Source: Antedon mediterranea (taxonomy: Eukaryota > Animalia > Echinodermata). Taken from it: a stretch of 64,000 bases of DNA. The stretch is from NCBI RefSeq assembly GCF_964355755.1, contig NC_092674.1:11284001-11348000 (forward strand), in the 5' to 3' direction. Shown here in pieces: positions 25,871 through 39,239 of this stretch; the stretch's first letter is position 1; each line of letters starts with the position of its first letter. The notes below the pieces were generated by a model, which ran no database searches, was not told the origin of the DNA, and saw only the letters and a program-made list of their open reading frames with translations. The position numbers and the translations under genes were made by a program.

Positions 25871-27740
25871 ACAATTGATAGCTGCTTGAGTGTATCAAAT
25901 ATTATAAAATGACCAATAAACAGCTTGCTCTTGCTCTAAATGTTCTTACAAATTTTGAAATTCATTCATTTTGCCAAAATTGGTTTCTCAATTTAAGTTG
26001 GGACACTGTGAACAGCTATTAACATGAGTCTTAGTATTTTTTTTTCTATGATTTTTTTTGCGACTCACTCCATTTTTTTAAACCTACCTTTGGTCATTTG
26101 TATTCTATCTTTACAAATTTTTGAAATTCAATCACTGATTTGGCTAAAATGTCAACAACTGTTTTTTGCCATATTGGTTTTTCAATCGAGGTTGCGCTAT
26201 TGTGAACAACTATTATTACAGTCTTTGAGCATTTTTTATATGAATCATTTTTTTGCGACTTACTCCATTTTTTTACCTACAAGTTTACCTTTTAGTCATT
26301 TCTATTCTAACCACAGATCTTCTCAAATCCATAGCACAATATATCATCTTCTGCCAGACAACACAGTACTTTCTCAACATTGATTGATGGCAAAACCAGC
26401 AGTTCTTTCTAATGTTCTGTTCTCATTTGTTAAACTTAAGTCAAGTATGATATATTTCAATGTATAATAACTCCTTAATGGTCGCAAATAAGTCAAAAGC
26501 TGATATCATTTCAAAAGGAATCCACATGGTACAGGGAGTTCAAATTTCGATGGGTGACAATTTATAGAGTACTTAAGAAAGATTATCACTTGAAATATGC
26601 ATGCAAGATATAACACTTAAATTTCTTTGAAGAAATAGGAGAGAAATTGTAATAAAGAAGATAAACCACTATATATTTGACACCTTGGTGTCTTCAATGT
26701 TATTAGATGGATGGTTACAAATTGAACACTACTTTAAAATTAGTCTGTCAAAAAATTATAAGATAAGTCTACAACAAAAGTCACAAAATCTGACAAAATA
26801 AAGTATGGACTGGACAAAATCATTTTTTATTATCTAAACAACTGTCATTGAAAATATGGGTGTACAGATTGTATGGTATGCGCAATCAAACACACTTATT
26901 ATATTGGACTATGGTCATTGGTCAAATTAAGGAAATAAAATCAAACAAGTGTAAGTGGAGCTATGGCATGGTGGTTAACATGCTTTCTGTACCTTCCAAT
27001 TTAAGGGTAATACTGCCCTGTTTCAAGCAAAATTATAGAATATTTGGTGGATATTGTCTAGGTGATAAGTTGTTCTGGGGATGGTTGTCTGGGTGGTTGC
27101 AGGTAGCAAATGTTTAGTTACATCAATGGTCAGATAATTCTCTTTATATACCTGCATTATTTCATTAACCATTTTATAACTCCGATAGAATTTAATATTA
27201 CAGACACTCACAAACATTCCCAATGGCATTATTTTATATCAGATGTTTGTTAACTGATTTTTTTTTTTTTTGGTGTTTGAATGCAAGCTACACAAATGTA
27301 ATTCTGATAGACTGCAATTTAACTCCGATAGAACACAATTTAACTCTGATAGAAAAGAACATGTAAACATAGTTGTTATCCCAAAATGACATTTTCAATG
27401 ATCAAACATTATAAACTATTCATCCCTGAATGAAAACTCCATACGCCACAGTGAATAACCTTTTGAACAATCTAGATTGTTCATCTGACAATGCCTTATT
27501 TCGTATTATTAACTTTTTCTAATAAACGATCTTCTCAACTTACAAATTAAAATATAACCATGTACCATATCGGTTGACTCAGAACTAGAAGAGTCTAAAG
27601 CAAAGATGTCAAGAAGAAGTGAAAAGTAAATATTAAAGACACCTCCCTACAATTTGTGACGTTTTGTAAAAATAATACATGTATATTACTTTAAAAACAT
27701 TAAATCAGGTCATTTCTTGTCTTAAATGTACATTTTATGG

Positions 27741-27748
<8 letters not shown>

Positions 27749-27775
<27 letters not shown>

Positions 27776-30330
27776 TTAAGGTATAAAAACATCAAATTCC
27801 AACCAGCAGCAAGAGCTGAAAAGGTTGGATAACAATCTTAACTGAGAAATAAAATATATCAAAGAAGATCTAAACTAAACATTAAACTTAAAGGATTCGT
27901 GCTAAGTGTGGAATAGTAGACCGCCTATATCTTTCAGTGCGACATCTGCAAGAATCCAACTTTGAACTAGTATTGCTCCTTAACGATCTTGAATGCCTAT
28001 CAGATTTATATGCTGGTAACATATTTCTAAATTTGGTAGATTCTAAAAGACTCTTGCCAAACTTGAGAAGAATCTGTTCTCTACGGGACTTTAAAGAAGG
28101 CAAACCTACTTGCTCTAAGGCTAATTCATAGCTAACATAATGTGGGCTCAAAATTATGCGCAAAGCCCGTTTTTGAATTTTTTCTATTAAATTAGATTGC
28201 TGAACAGTTAATGATGAATGCCAAACCTGGCAGGCATATTCCAGCACAGGTCTGATATATGATGTAAATACTGTAACCAGGTCACTGACTGGTGCACTAG
28301 ACCTTTTCAGGATACATAGTGAAAATAGTCTACGTGAGGCTCTTGATGTTATATCATTAACATTTGAACCCCATTTGAGGTCATTTTGGATTATTACACC
28401 AAGCAGTTTTAACTTACTAACTATTAGAAGATTAAAGTTATCAATAGTGTAAACTAAATTAAGCTGCCGTTGCTTTAAAAAGTTAAATTCAATTACTTGG
28501 CATTTAGCTGGTTTTGGTAGAACATCATTAGATGCACACCACCACTGACACTATTAAGGACACTTTGTAAGTTAGAGGAAGCACCACATTTGGTTACTTC
28601 CCCTAGAGTCAGGTCATCCACAAATTTCCAACGCCTACAACTTTCAATGGCAGCATCATTTACTAGAACCAAAAAAAGTATAGGTCCCAGTTTGGTTCCC
28701 TGTGGTACTCCACAAGAGATTGATTTGGTGGAAGAAATGTGCGTGCCAAGTTTGGTAGTATGAGTTCTTTCACACAGAAAGCTGCAGACGATGGAAACAA
28801 TGGATGACCTAACTCCAAGTTTAATTAATTTATCTATAATAATTGTATGATTGACTCTATCAAATGCCTTAGTAAAATCAATTGTACAGAGTTCAACTGA
28901 TTGTTTGGGCTTGTCAAGACTTTGATAAACATAATTTAACATATCCACAAGATAATGTATAGTGGATGAACCTTTTGTATTACCATACTGCTTAGTGTCT
29001 AATTTATTGTCAATATCCTCAATAATCCATTTGGCAATAAATGCCTCAAAAATCTTAGCAAAGACCGGCGTCAATGATATTGGACGAAGATCATCAAAAG
29101 AGCGGATCTTGTTTTGTTTTGGAACTGGAACTATAGAAGCAGTTTTCCACTGACGTGGAAAGTGTCCCTCATTGAGACACGTATTAAATAATTTAGTTAG
29201 CGGGTTAGCAAGTTCAATAGCAAATTCCTTAATTATTTTAATTGGTAAGTCTGTTGGGTGGCTTGATTTATTACAGTTCACTTTAGTCAAAGCCTTACGA
29301 ACTTCCCATTCATGTATAACTGGTGGTTCACTTGCTGGGAGGAAGGCTGGTAGCTTGTTGATATTCAAAGCCGGAAGCTGATTACATACAAGTGCAAAAT
29401 GGCTATTGATGCATTCAACGGTGTTTATAGGGTCAACATCAGAGCCAGGAATACGACTTGATTTCTTCCTCATATTACAGAGCTTCTGGACACTGCGGTG
29501 CCATTTTCCAGGTTGGTTCCCTTTCAAGGTAGCAATAGACTTTTCATAGAATGAAGCCTTCGCTCGTTTGACTTCCTGCTGTACCTTACAACGTAAGATT
29601 TTCCACTGGATATCCTGTCCATTTCGGTAAGCCACCTGGCGTTTCAAAATTAATTTTCTTAATTTAGTTGTAAACCAGGGCTTGTCATTCAATCTCTTGT
29701 TAGTGAAAATTTGAGAAAAATGCTCTTCATAAGCACTGTTGAGCTCCTGATTAAAAATTTCCAAAAAATCTGAAGAGTTTTCATAAGCACTAAGATGATT
29801 CCAATCATGCAAAGTCATCCATTGTCCAAATGATCTGATCGAGGAGTCTCTTAGTGGACGAAACAGCAAATGTGCTGGCTTGTGATTAACATCTGCAAGA
29901 TTGGTTGATGGTTCCAACAAAATACAACAATGGTCACTTCGACCAACTGGTCCATAGGTTCAGTAAAGATATTAGGAATGTTAACAAATATCTTATCGAG
30001 GTGCGCATTTTGTCTAGTAGGAAAGTTAACCACCTGTTTCAAAAACAACTTAGACTCTAATTCTGAAGTATTGAGATCATTGAAATCACCACATACCATA
30101 ATTCCTGCTGAAAAATCACTAGTTCTAATGCTATCAACGGTACTCGTAATGTGACTGAGAAGCTCAGTGGCATTAGCCGAATTGGGAGGGTAATAAATGA
30201 CGCCAACGAACATAGTTTTAATTGCTACACCAACACTACGGAAGTCAAATTTTTTCCACAAACATTCAAATTCACAATTATCATGGATATCCATAGAGAC
30301 ATCACTTACTTTAATATTAACTTCAATGGG
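27749..30330 (-). mobile_element. 5'-truncated non-LTR retrotransposon (CR1/L2/Daphne group)
   Basis: Partial APE endonuclease plus RT coding region, short 3' UTR with hairpin TCCAACC...GGTTGGA, (TAAA)n tail at 27749-27777 and TSD AAATTAT (27742-27748, 30331-30337). Confidence 0.95.
27888..30330 (-). pseudogene. LINE ORF2 (APE endonuclease-reverse transcriptase), frameshifted
   Basis: EN motifs GVIYYPP, CGDFN, FPTRQNAHLD and SDH (the last in a shifted frame near 29950). RT motifs LRPISLT, IDFTKAFDRV, GVPQGTKLGP and KFVDD. C-terminal RPVLEYACQVW and IEKIQKRALR. Frameshifts near 29955 and 28520. Confidence 0.93.
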
Positions 30331-30869
30331 AAATTATGATAAAAAGTGAGAAACAATTTACTACCTAAGTAGCTCGAACATCGTACTCTAGCTATATACC
30401 TAGCCTGACGTTGTATAGTTGCTGCATTAATTGTCTTTCTATTTTTGCCAGACTCCGTTGATACAAATTGGGGAAAACCCGGTATTTTTGCTGAAAAGTT
30501 AGGAGTCTTCCATTTGTTTTGGCCTCACGATCGATGGAAAAGTGGGTGAATTACAGAAGAAAAACAAAAATATCAATCCGCGCGCGCAATGCATTTTGGG
30601 ATTTACAGCGGGCCGCTATAATTATTAGAATCAACTTTTTTTTCACATTTTTAACCATTTAGAGATGAAAACATTTATCGCAATAGGACCATATAATATT
30701 ATTTTAAGATTAAATATAGTTTGTGATCTTAAAATAGATCTAAAAAACGTAGGGAAGGTGTCTTTAACTAAACAGATTACATACTGTATCTACCCATGAG
30801 ATACAGTACTACATGAGACACTACATTTATAATATAATTAAATGACTTAGGGGAGAGAAATCGAAAAAC

Positions 30870-31235
30870 TCCATTTTCTTGGGAGCAGAAACAGGCCAAA
30901 TTTATTGAAACCGGTTAAAAGGCAGTGCAAAATAACCGGTTAACACCCATTCAATTCGGTGTTAGAACGCCATTTAACCGGTTATCGCTGGGCAACTTTT
31001 AGCTGCAACACTAAATAACGGTTATTTGATTGACAGCTGCTGAACCTGAGTCAACTACACTGCAGTAAGGTTTGAATTCACCGCCAGAACCAATTGCATT
31101 TTGGGTAATTGTATTATGAGCACCCCTGATTTGAACGGTTATTTCGGAGCCCAAATTGAGCAGAAACGTTGTCTTGTTTTTTAAATCTTTTTTAAATAAA
31201 CGGTTAATTTGCGTTATGCAGCAGAAAAAGACCCA
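30870..31235. mobile_element. Probable old MITE with AACCGGTT / TAACGGTTA subrepeats
   Basis: Six or more AACCGGTTA or AACGGTTA motifs in a CpG-enriched 360-bp block. Termini only weakly complementary. Confidence 0.4.
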
Positions 31236-32649
31236 ATGTAATCCGTGAATGAAACATTTACTAAACCATTTTCACACTCTATAAATATGTTACAACTTAT
31301 TAATTACAAGATTGTAAACATTTTAATCTTATGAGGTATTTTAGTGTTTTTACATAAAACTGAACCTTGTAAAATCAAGTTTATGGTTTTACGCAGCCAC
31401 TCTTTAGAACACTTGTATAAATAATCTAATTTTTGTCTTGTAATTATTTATTTCAATAATTACAAGATTACATCAATCTCCCAAATCTCTCAAAAAAACA
31501 TCAGATCAAGAGTTTTGTCTCTCAATTTTTTCGTTTAATAATGGTAGAACAAATGCAGACTCAATAAAATGCATTGTAATGTAAATAAAAAATTCTGATA
31601 CAAATTTCAATCTGTAAATTAATAACCAGTAGATTTCACATCACATAACCCCTGTTTGACCTTTTGCATCCTTGCCGATTCTAAACGCTATCTGCACTTT
31701 ATTGGAAAAATAGATACAGCATACTTCACATCTTAGAAAGATCATTCATCAAGTGATGCTGCTTTAGTTTTTTTTTCTTTCTCATGAACCATGTTTTGGC
31801 AAATGTACGCCATTGTCAGTTTTTATTTTGCGCAAATTGAAACAGTCTGCCCTGCAAGTTATTGCTAGTTTATGGGAAATTCATTTTATCTTTACGACTT
31901 CTACTGCAAACTAATCAATTCACAAATCTGTTAATATTTTCTTTTCATTTCCGATTATAACTGTTTAAGCAATTTTGTAAGCAATAAATGAAATAAAATA
32001 TTGTTTTTCCTTCTCATTTTATTATAAAGTCATATTTGAAAATGAACTTTCTACAATACAAATAATGACCAATAATTACATGAATAATCATTCTTAAACA
32101 TGAATTCAAAGATATTTTAGCATCTTCTTAGTATTGCTTCTGATTTATTTTGCAATATGCTTCCTCCTTGTTGCAAGCTAGGCCTGCGACCTCATCCTTA
32201 TTTGAGTTACCTTTGGTAAATCTATTTGTTAATCATGTTTTTTTTTTGTGGATTTGAATAAAGTTTACCTGAAATATAAATAAAAGAATTTTCTTTTATA
32301 ACAGTATGTTGATCCTTTCTAGATACATTTCAAGATCTTATCAAGATTATATATCCTGAGATGAGTAGTAGTTTATTAGTCTTATTTATTTTATTTAATT
32401 TATATGTAATTTTTACTTTCTATGGGCCAGAGATTCCGAAATAAAAGATTGAATGAATTACAGAGATATTAACAGTTCATATTTAATTGTTTTTGTATTT
32501 TATTGTTTTAAATTATGTACATTTGTTCTATTGTTCCAATTAAAAGTTAGTGATCCTGCATATATTTTTCTATATATTTTATTCTTTTTTTTAGTTTACT
32601 TTGTATGTATATGTATGTATGTTAACTGTTCTCTATATCTTTCAAATTA

Positions 32650-32777
32650 GGGCTTTTTTTCTGTATTTATATATGTTATAATTTTTCTTTACTTTTAAAC
32701 CTTGTAACTGGACCATTTTAAAAAGCAGTACTACGTTAATGAAAATACAATCCACTCAAAACAAAGAATAAATAAAG
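32650..32777 (+). repeat. Dispersed repeat (probable LINE 3' UTR), paralog of 19385-19480
   Basis: Sequence identity as above, ending in GAATAAATAAA. Confidence 0.75.
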
Positions 32778-34109
32778 TAAATGTATTCACATTATTCTTG
32801 ATTTTGTCTAATGAAAAATAATAATAATATAAGGAAAACATTTTGGACTAATGGTTTGTTTAGGGTTTCAAAGTCTTTCGTTTTTATGAAGTGCCAAGTA
32901 ACTACGATTTTACACATGCTCAGATGTAAATTACTGACATTTTCTATCTACAGTAAGTTACAAACATTTTAACAAGTTGAATTATACCCAAATTTTATAG
33001 ACTGTAGATGTATTGAACTCAAATGACCTGTCAGAGAATGTCCTTATTGACCTTTTACTGATTAATTATTATATAATCACAAAGTATCAAATTAGCTTTG
33101 AACTATAGGTAGGATATGCTTGAATGAGAATCACCTTAAATGCCCATTAAACTAATAATGAGTCAAATTCTTTGAAATAAACATACTTAAGTCGACATTA
33201 TCCAATTCTGTAATACATGGATGTATTGTATATTTACCTGTTGACTTCATCCAATTATCTTTGAATAAACAACTTTAGAACTGAACTCTCTCTCTCTATA
33301 GATGTATGGAATGCAGTTCATGTAACAATTATCAATTTTCTTGCGATGTGAATAAGATTACACTTTTTAAAATTTTTAAAATTTATTTAATTCACATTGT
33401 GACAAAATTCATACCACAAATGCAACAAAACTGCGACAAAATATGTATAAATGACTAAAAGTTAGTAAATCATTTCATACGGCATTCCATACTTTAAAAA
33501 AGTTGTGAGATACCATTTTAATATAGACAGACAGAAAAAAATTATATAAAAAATAATTATACAAAACGAAAATAGGAGATCTACATAAACTTTCATATGA
33601 GGTTCCAAGAGGCACCATAAAAAGTTACCAGCGGTAATGGTAAGCGGTAAACAAAAATATAGAATCTATGTATTTCTTATGTTAATTTACACAAAATGCG
33701 GAGTGCATAGGCGGTTGAGCGGAAAGCCATTCAGGATATGGATTTTACAAGGAAAAACACTCCTTGCTTACCGTTACTGCTCGTTTGAATTTACCTTGTT
33801 GATTGGAGCTTGTTAAAATATAATGTAGAAAATGCTAGGTAATGTCGAAACAATCGTTTATGTATCAATCCACCGCTAATGTAGTAAAACCTCCAGCTAA
33901 TGTAGAAACACCAACAGTTTATGTGGTAAAAAAAAAATCAACACCAGTGATGTAGAATGGTCAACAGCATGTAGAACGGTCAACAGCTGATGTAGTAACG
34001 GAAATTCCCTCACAGCTAATGTAGTTACTATCACCAACAAATGTAGATAATGTTATATTTTACAAACCTATGTCAGAATCATGTGCAAATGCATCTCTTT
34101 ACTTTCTAT

Positions 34110-34615
34110 CAGTCTATCCACCTCTCGTAAGCGACCGACTTTCAAAAAGGGGAAATCTCGTAAGCGATCAACTCCCTAAAACAGACCGTACATCATAAGC
34201 AACCACCCTCGTTAGCGAAAACCTCTCTTACACGAGGTGGTCCTTTAAAAGAGGTGGTTGATTACGAAAGGTGGTGGTCCTTTAAAAGGAGTGGTCGCTA
34301 AAATATATAAACGGGTAGAGGTTGTCGCTTACAAGAGGTGATGGTCCTTTACATGAGATTGTATATTACTGTAACTACAAAGGCTGTGGTCACTTACAAG
34401 AGTTAGTGGTCGTAAAGATAGGCGGTCGCTGAAGAGATGTGGTCGCTTATGAGAAGCGGTCCCTTATGATAGGATGAGATCACTTACAAGAGGTGGTCGT
34501 TAATTGAGGTGGTCGATAATCAGAAGCGGTCCCTTAAGAGAGATGGTGGTTGTTTAAGAGAAGTGGTCCCTTACGACAGGTGGTCGATTATAATATGGTC
34601 GAGATAACATGGTCA
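34110..34615. repeat. Inverted array of about 17-bp units (CGCTTACAAGAGGTGGT), MITE interior
   Basis: Units face one way up to about 34230 and the opposite way after it. Similar units occur at 42915-43105. Confidence 0.8.
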
Positions 34616-34651
34616 CCTATACATTAGTGGTGGATTGTTCTACATTAACTG

Positions 34652-34830
34652 TTTCAGTTTCAATTCAGTTTCAATAAACATTTATTTAAGATGGTCATTT
34701 CAAGACAATATATAATAAAATAATATTTTAACAATAAACAATTTATATAAGACCATCTTAGGGATCAAAATTAGAAGTAAAACTTGTCTCACAATGATCC
34801 CTAAATAATAATAATTTAAACAAAATAAAA
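34652..34830 (-). mobile_element. LINE 3' end fragment nested in the TGT...ACA element
   Basis: (TGAAAC/TGAAT)-type tail and hairpins TAAGATGGTC...GACCATCTTA and TAGGGATCA...TGATCCCTA. Confidence 0.5.
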
Positions 34831-34924
34831 ACATTAGCTGGCATTTTCTACATTAGCGGTTGTAACAGAGTTACAGTATTCCTCATTGCTACAGAAGTTT
34901 TAACAGAGCTACAGTATCCCTCAA

Positions 34925-35477
34925 GTCAATAGTTCCTTACACTACTCCATCCCGTCAACTTTTTAACACCATTTCTACTCTTACCGTTTCTCAACATGCT
35001 GACTATCAAACGGGCTGTCTTGCCTATCGAGCCTCTAAAAATCTCGCCTGAACTAACATCTGCCGTGGGCTTGCTAGAATTACTACCAATGGAAGAATGG
35101 CTACCCGGCAACTTTCCAGGGGTGATCTCAGTGTTCCAAGACCTCAGTGTGAACTTTTCAAACATTCTTTTAATTATAAAGGACCTACATATTTTAACTC
35201 TTTAGACCTTTTTAATTAGAAATTTTTAAATTTTAAAAGTAAATTAAAGAATTTTATGCTTAATAATGACTCTCTTTAAATTTTTATCTTCCTGACCTTT
35301 TTCTTTTTTTGCCTTTCTATTGACGTTTTTATATATATTCTTTTTTTAATTTTAACTTTTGTAATATATTTTTTACTTGTAATGTTTTTATGTCGTATTG
35401 TTGAGGGCCCCTCAAAATCAGCTTCTGCTGGCTGGGTCACCCTCTTGAAATATGGTTGAATAAATAATAAATAATAG
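34925..35477 (+). mobile_element. LINE 3' fragment (Crack/Daphne/L2-like)
   Basis: Translates ...YQTGCLAYRASKNL...DLSVPRPQCELFKHSFNYKGPTYFNSL, typical of an ORF2 C-terminus. T-rich UTR, hairpin GAGGG...CCCTC and AATAAATAATAAATAA tail. Confidence 0.75.
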
Positions 35478-36391
35478 ATAATTGTTTGTTAGGATACTGC
35501 TTCAGGTAAGCAGATAAAGTCATCTTGTCATTCTTGGGCATTAAAGCATAAATTGGTACAAATGAAGATCAATTTTGCCTAATTTTTAGGATTCATGTAG
35601 AAATTACTGATATGTTCCACACTGATTCAATTGATCTGTATGCCCCAAGGCATCCAATTCAATGCACATAAAATAATGATTATTAATATTTCAATATATT
35701 CAAATAACATATTTGTGTATTAATAGCAAGCATGGGCAATTAAACCATGAGTAGTGGACTTGAGTTTTCACTGTGTATGTGATTTCATAGTTTAGAAAGA
35801 TGCTATTAAAAAGTATTATTATTGAAATTATTGTCATATTGGTTACGAATTACACCAAACAATTATGTACAGAGCATGTCTATCACGCTCAATATTTAAA
35901 TTTTATGGCTTTAAATACTCAAATATGTGGTTCAACAAATAATAATCACACTGATGATATTTCGAAAAATGAAGAAACATGTTTAGACAGAAATAAAAAA
36001 ATGTATGGATTTTTGTTTTCATTTGTGTTCAAAAGTTTGATAGCCTAATCATTAATGGTCTCATAATGTCAGTTTAAAATAGCATGCCTCGTGTGGCTTT
36101 GCTTAAAGGTTCCGCACCAAGTTATTTAAGAGATTTACTTTCTGTACGAAATTCAGCTCCCAATACATTGTCAAGGGCTAGTGATGTCAAGCTGACAATC
36201 ATACACACTTTAATGAAAGACATTGATCGCTTTCCGTAGCTGAACCAAGAGTAATATTAAAAATTTGTATGACTAAACACAGTTAAAGTTAATCAAAGAC
36301 TTTTTACTTCAATCAATGTTATGGCAGGATGTAAAGAGCTGCTGATTTTAATTTTATCATAGATATGTTCGCTATATAAATGTTAATGTTA

Positions 36392-37210
36392 GACCCCATT
36401 TACACTTCATGGACGATTTCTTAGCCGGCCCGAAGTCGGCCCGACGCCGGCTTTCTTTTTAGCCCGCAATGTGTTTACACTTACCCAAAAAGCCGGCCTC
36501 GGGCCCCTACTATTGTGTTTACACTCGCGGAAGAGTGCTTGATGATACGATTTCGCTACATTCACGTCATATCCGCTCATGTGCGCCCACCAACAACCGT
36601 CTTAAAAAGTTAATATTATTAAACGTTATCGATCTACACTAGGCTAGGCCTATCGAAATTTAAAAAGAATCAAATAACGGTATTTAACATGGATCAAAAC
36701 AATTGTATTATTGCTAATTACTTCTAATGTTTGCGTCTCGTTTTCTGAAGAATAGCAGTAGATCAATACGCCTTTTTCGCGAAACGGAAGAAATTTTCGA
36801 TCGATGACAAACAATGCCGTGCAACGAAGCGTAACCAACAGAAATAACATAGCGTTTTTAGCCTATTTTTCAGCAATTTTCAGCAATAAGTTTCGTAAAC
36901 TTAAAACTATAGTTGACCCAGAACGTTCATTTTATGACCGCGAGTGTTTACACTATACGAAGTGCCGGCCCGAAGCCCGCAATTGCCGGCCCGAAGCCCG
37001 CAATTGCCGGCCCGAAGCCCGCAATTGCCGGCCCGAAGCCCGCAATTGCCGGCCCGAAGCCCGCAATTGCCGGCCCGAAGCCTACTCCAGACTACGCTCA
37101 AAATTGAGCCGGCTCGAGGCCGGCTCGGTTGTTCCCAGAGTGTTTACACTTTGCACTTTTGGCTGGGAGCCGGCCTCGGGCTCGTTAAAAGCTGAAGTGT
37201 AAATGGGGTC
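36392..37210. mobile_element. PIF/Harbinger-type MITE, longer copy
   Basis: TIRs GACCCCATTTACACTTCA / TGAAGTGTAAATGGGGTC and TSD TTA (36389-36391, 37211-37213). Confidence 0.92.
36963..37082. repeat. Perfect 21-bp minisatellite inside the MITE
   Basis: TGCCGGCCCGAAGCCCGCAAT x5.7. Confidence 0.95.
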
Positions 37211-39239
37211 TTAATGACTCCACCTCACCAGCAAGAATGTAGAATGCAAATGAAACGGTGATACCAATTTCCTAAATATGGTCACATTGTTATAGGCCTA
37301 CTTTAAATTTGCAGAAAAAATAGTCTTGAGTATGACCAGTCTTGCATGAACACATTTTTTCATTCAAACAGGAAATCTATAAAAACTCTTGAAGACATAA
37401 AAGTTTCCATGGGTAAAACCATAAAATACTGCTAAAATAATGTGAGTGAAAGTGAATTATTTCAGACCCAACAGTACAAATATTTTACAGTTGAACATCT
37501 CTCTCAGATATTCATCATGTTCTTCCTATCTAATTTATGAATTTGGTACTGTACCTCCATTATACAAACAAATGTTTACTATATGATTTGGATTTAATTA
37601 AAATGTTTTGACACCCAAATGTATACTACAATTACAGCATCATACTATTACTATAAAATTGAGATGTGCTCTGAATTTAGAGGACTCCACAAAATATCGG
37701 TCAGAATGTGCGGCAAAATGTTTTAGCCTCTATCGATCAAAACTCTCAAAACTGGAAGCCTCCCCGATAAGTGGACACTTTTTCAGGATGTAAGGCAAGT
37801 CTACTTACAATAAATTGTCTTATGCTGTAGAAAAATAACTATAGTGTTTTTCATAGGCCTCTGATATCAAACTGTATCAACCTAATATACTCTGTATTTT
37901 AAAAATGACTCAAATCTCCTTTGACATTTTGGCATTTAAGGTGATCAATGTCAGCATTAAATTGAAATAACTAGCCTCCACATCATAATTTAAATTTATG
38001 TTATCGTTAATAATTAATAAATAGAATTTACGTATCTTATTTCACTATTTAAATTTCCATATTAAGTGCAATAATTACTGTTCAGTTCCATTATATTATT
38101 GGGTTTCAATGGAGAGTACTTGAAATTGTTAATGGCATGATTAAGGAGAAAAAAATAATTTGTTAAAAGTACAACCCGCGCAAATGTGTTTTTCACGTGC
38201 ATTTACAATAAATCTAGATCCAACGAAAGACACAATTTTTCATCCGCAATTCTACAATACTTAATCACCACTGTTTCTATTTAGATGCTTTCTAAAGTAG
38301 CCTTGTTGTTTTCTATTGTGCTTCATACAAAGTTTATTATTATTGTTCAAATTTTAATTAGGATTGTTGTATAAATCATAAATAATAGTATTCAAATAAG
38401 TGTTTATCAGTTGAATAGAGAGAGTATGTTGAAAATTGAATGTGCCGTTTTAAAATGAGTCAGACTGTCAAAACAAATGCAAAATAGGGACCAGATCACA
38501 GGGATTCAACCCCCTATCATTCTGAAACATGAACTATTGTGTTCTTAAAAAGGCCACATGCAACAGAAGTGTTTACACCGGACCTTAATTCAGTTTAAGG
38601 TCTACTGTAAGACGCTTTCCTCTACCACCAGAATTATGGTTGAAATGATGGCTGAATTCAATTACATTATTACAACTAAAAAACAAGTAATTTACAAATA
38701 TGAACCTTTATTTAAATGCAAAAAATTCAATTTAAAATATGTCTTGTCTTGTCTCTTTGGCTTATAGCCATTACGCCACTGTACTTGCATTGAGAACACT
38801 TCCTTCCAAACATATTTTTAACTAATTTTATTATAAAAATAGAATAATTGTTTGGGTAGGAATCAACCTACCGGTACTAACACCAGTATGTTCATATATA
38901 CTGTAGTACCTCTACTACAGGTTTAACATCACCAAGCTTGTACTTTATGGCTACAATGTAGTTTTGGAATCGAGCCTAATCCTAAGAATGATTAAGAACA
39001 TAGTTAGATTATCATACTGGCACACTTTTCATCAACCTTGTGCACTAACATACCTATTAATTAAGACAGTGCAATTTAATGTAGGGTAATCGTGGGAAAA
39101 GTATTGTTACAATAGAAATATTAATCTACAGTATAAATTATGCCTTAGATATTGGAATTGCTTAATATAATAATGCTATACTGATCCTTGATAAATGGTT
39201 AATTTGCAATTTGAAAGATTATAAAGTAAGAACACACAA

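Larger units (their letters stand above)
27637..30763. mobile_element. TTAA-flanked Kolobok-like MITE split by a LINE insertion
   Basis: TTAA|AGACACCTCCCTAC ... GTAGGGAAGGTGTCT|TTAA. The segments either side of the LINE join into the reverse complement of 63461-64000. Confidence 0.9.
33811..34867. mobile_element. TGT...ACA element with GCTAATGTAG subterminal repeats, carrying nested insertions
   Basis: TGTTAAAATATAATGTAGAAAATGCTAGGTAATGT versus the reverse complement of the end, TGTTACAACCGCTAATGTAGAAAATGCCAGCTAATGT. Flanks are GAGCT/GAGTT, a candidate 5-bp TSD. Confidence 0.7.

Noticed and set aside
35493-35505. 13-nt microexon GATACTGCTTCAG, and a 29-nt candidate at 9672-9700
   Set aside because: Weak polypyrimidine tracts and not frame-preserving. 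The first abuts a LINE tail.
36963-37082. CRISPR-like array
   Set aside because: Head-to-tail identical units with no spacers, no cas genes and a eukaryotic context. The same applies to the arrays at 11640-12030 and 34110-34615.
36804-37202. ORFs with CRPEARN / AGPKPAI / PARSPQL repeats, and the related ORF at 3694-4026
   Set aside because: By-product of a stop-free 21-bp minisatellite inside a Harbinger MITE. It is open in several frames and shows no domain features.
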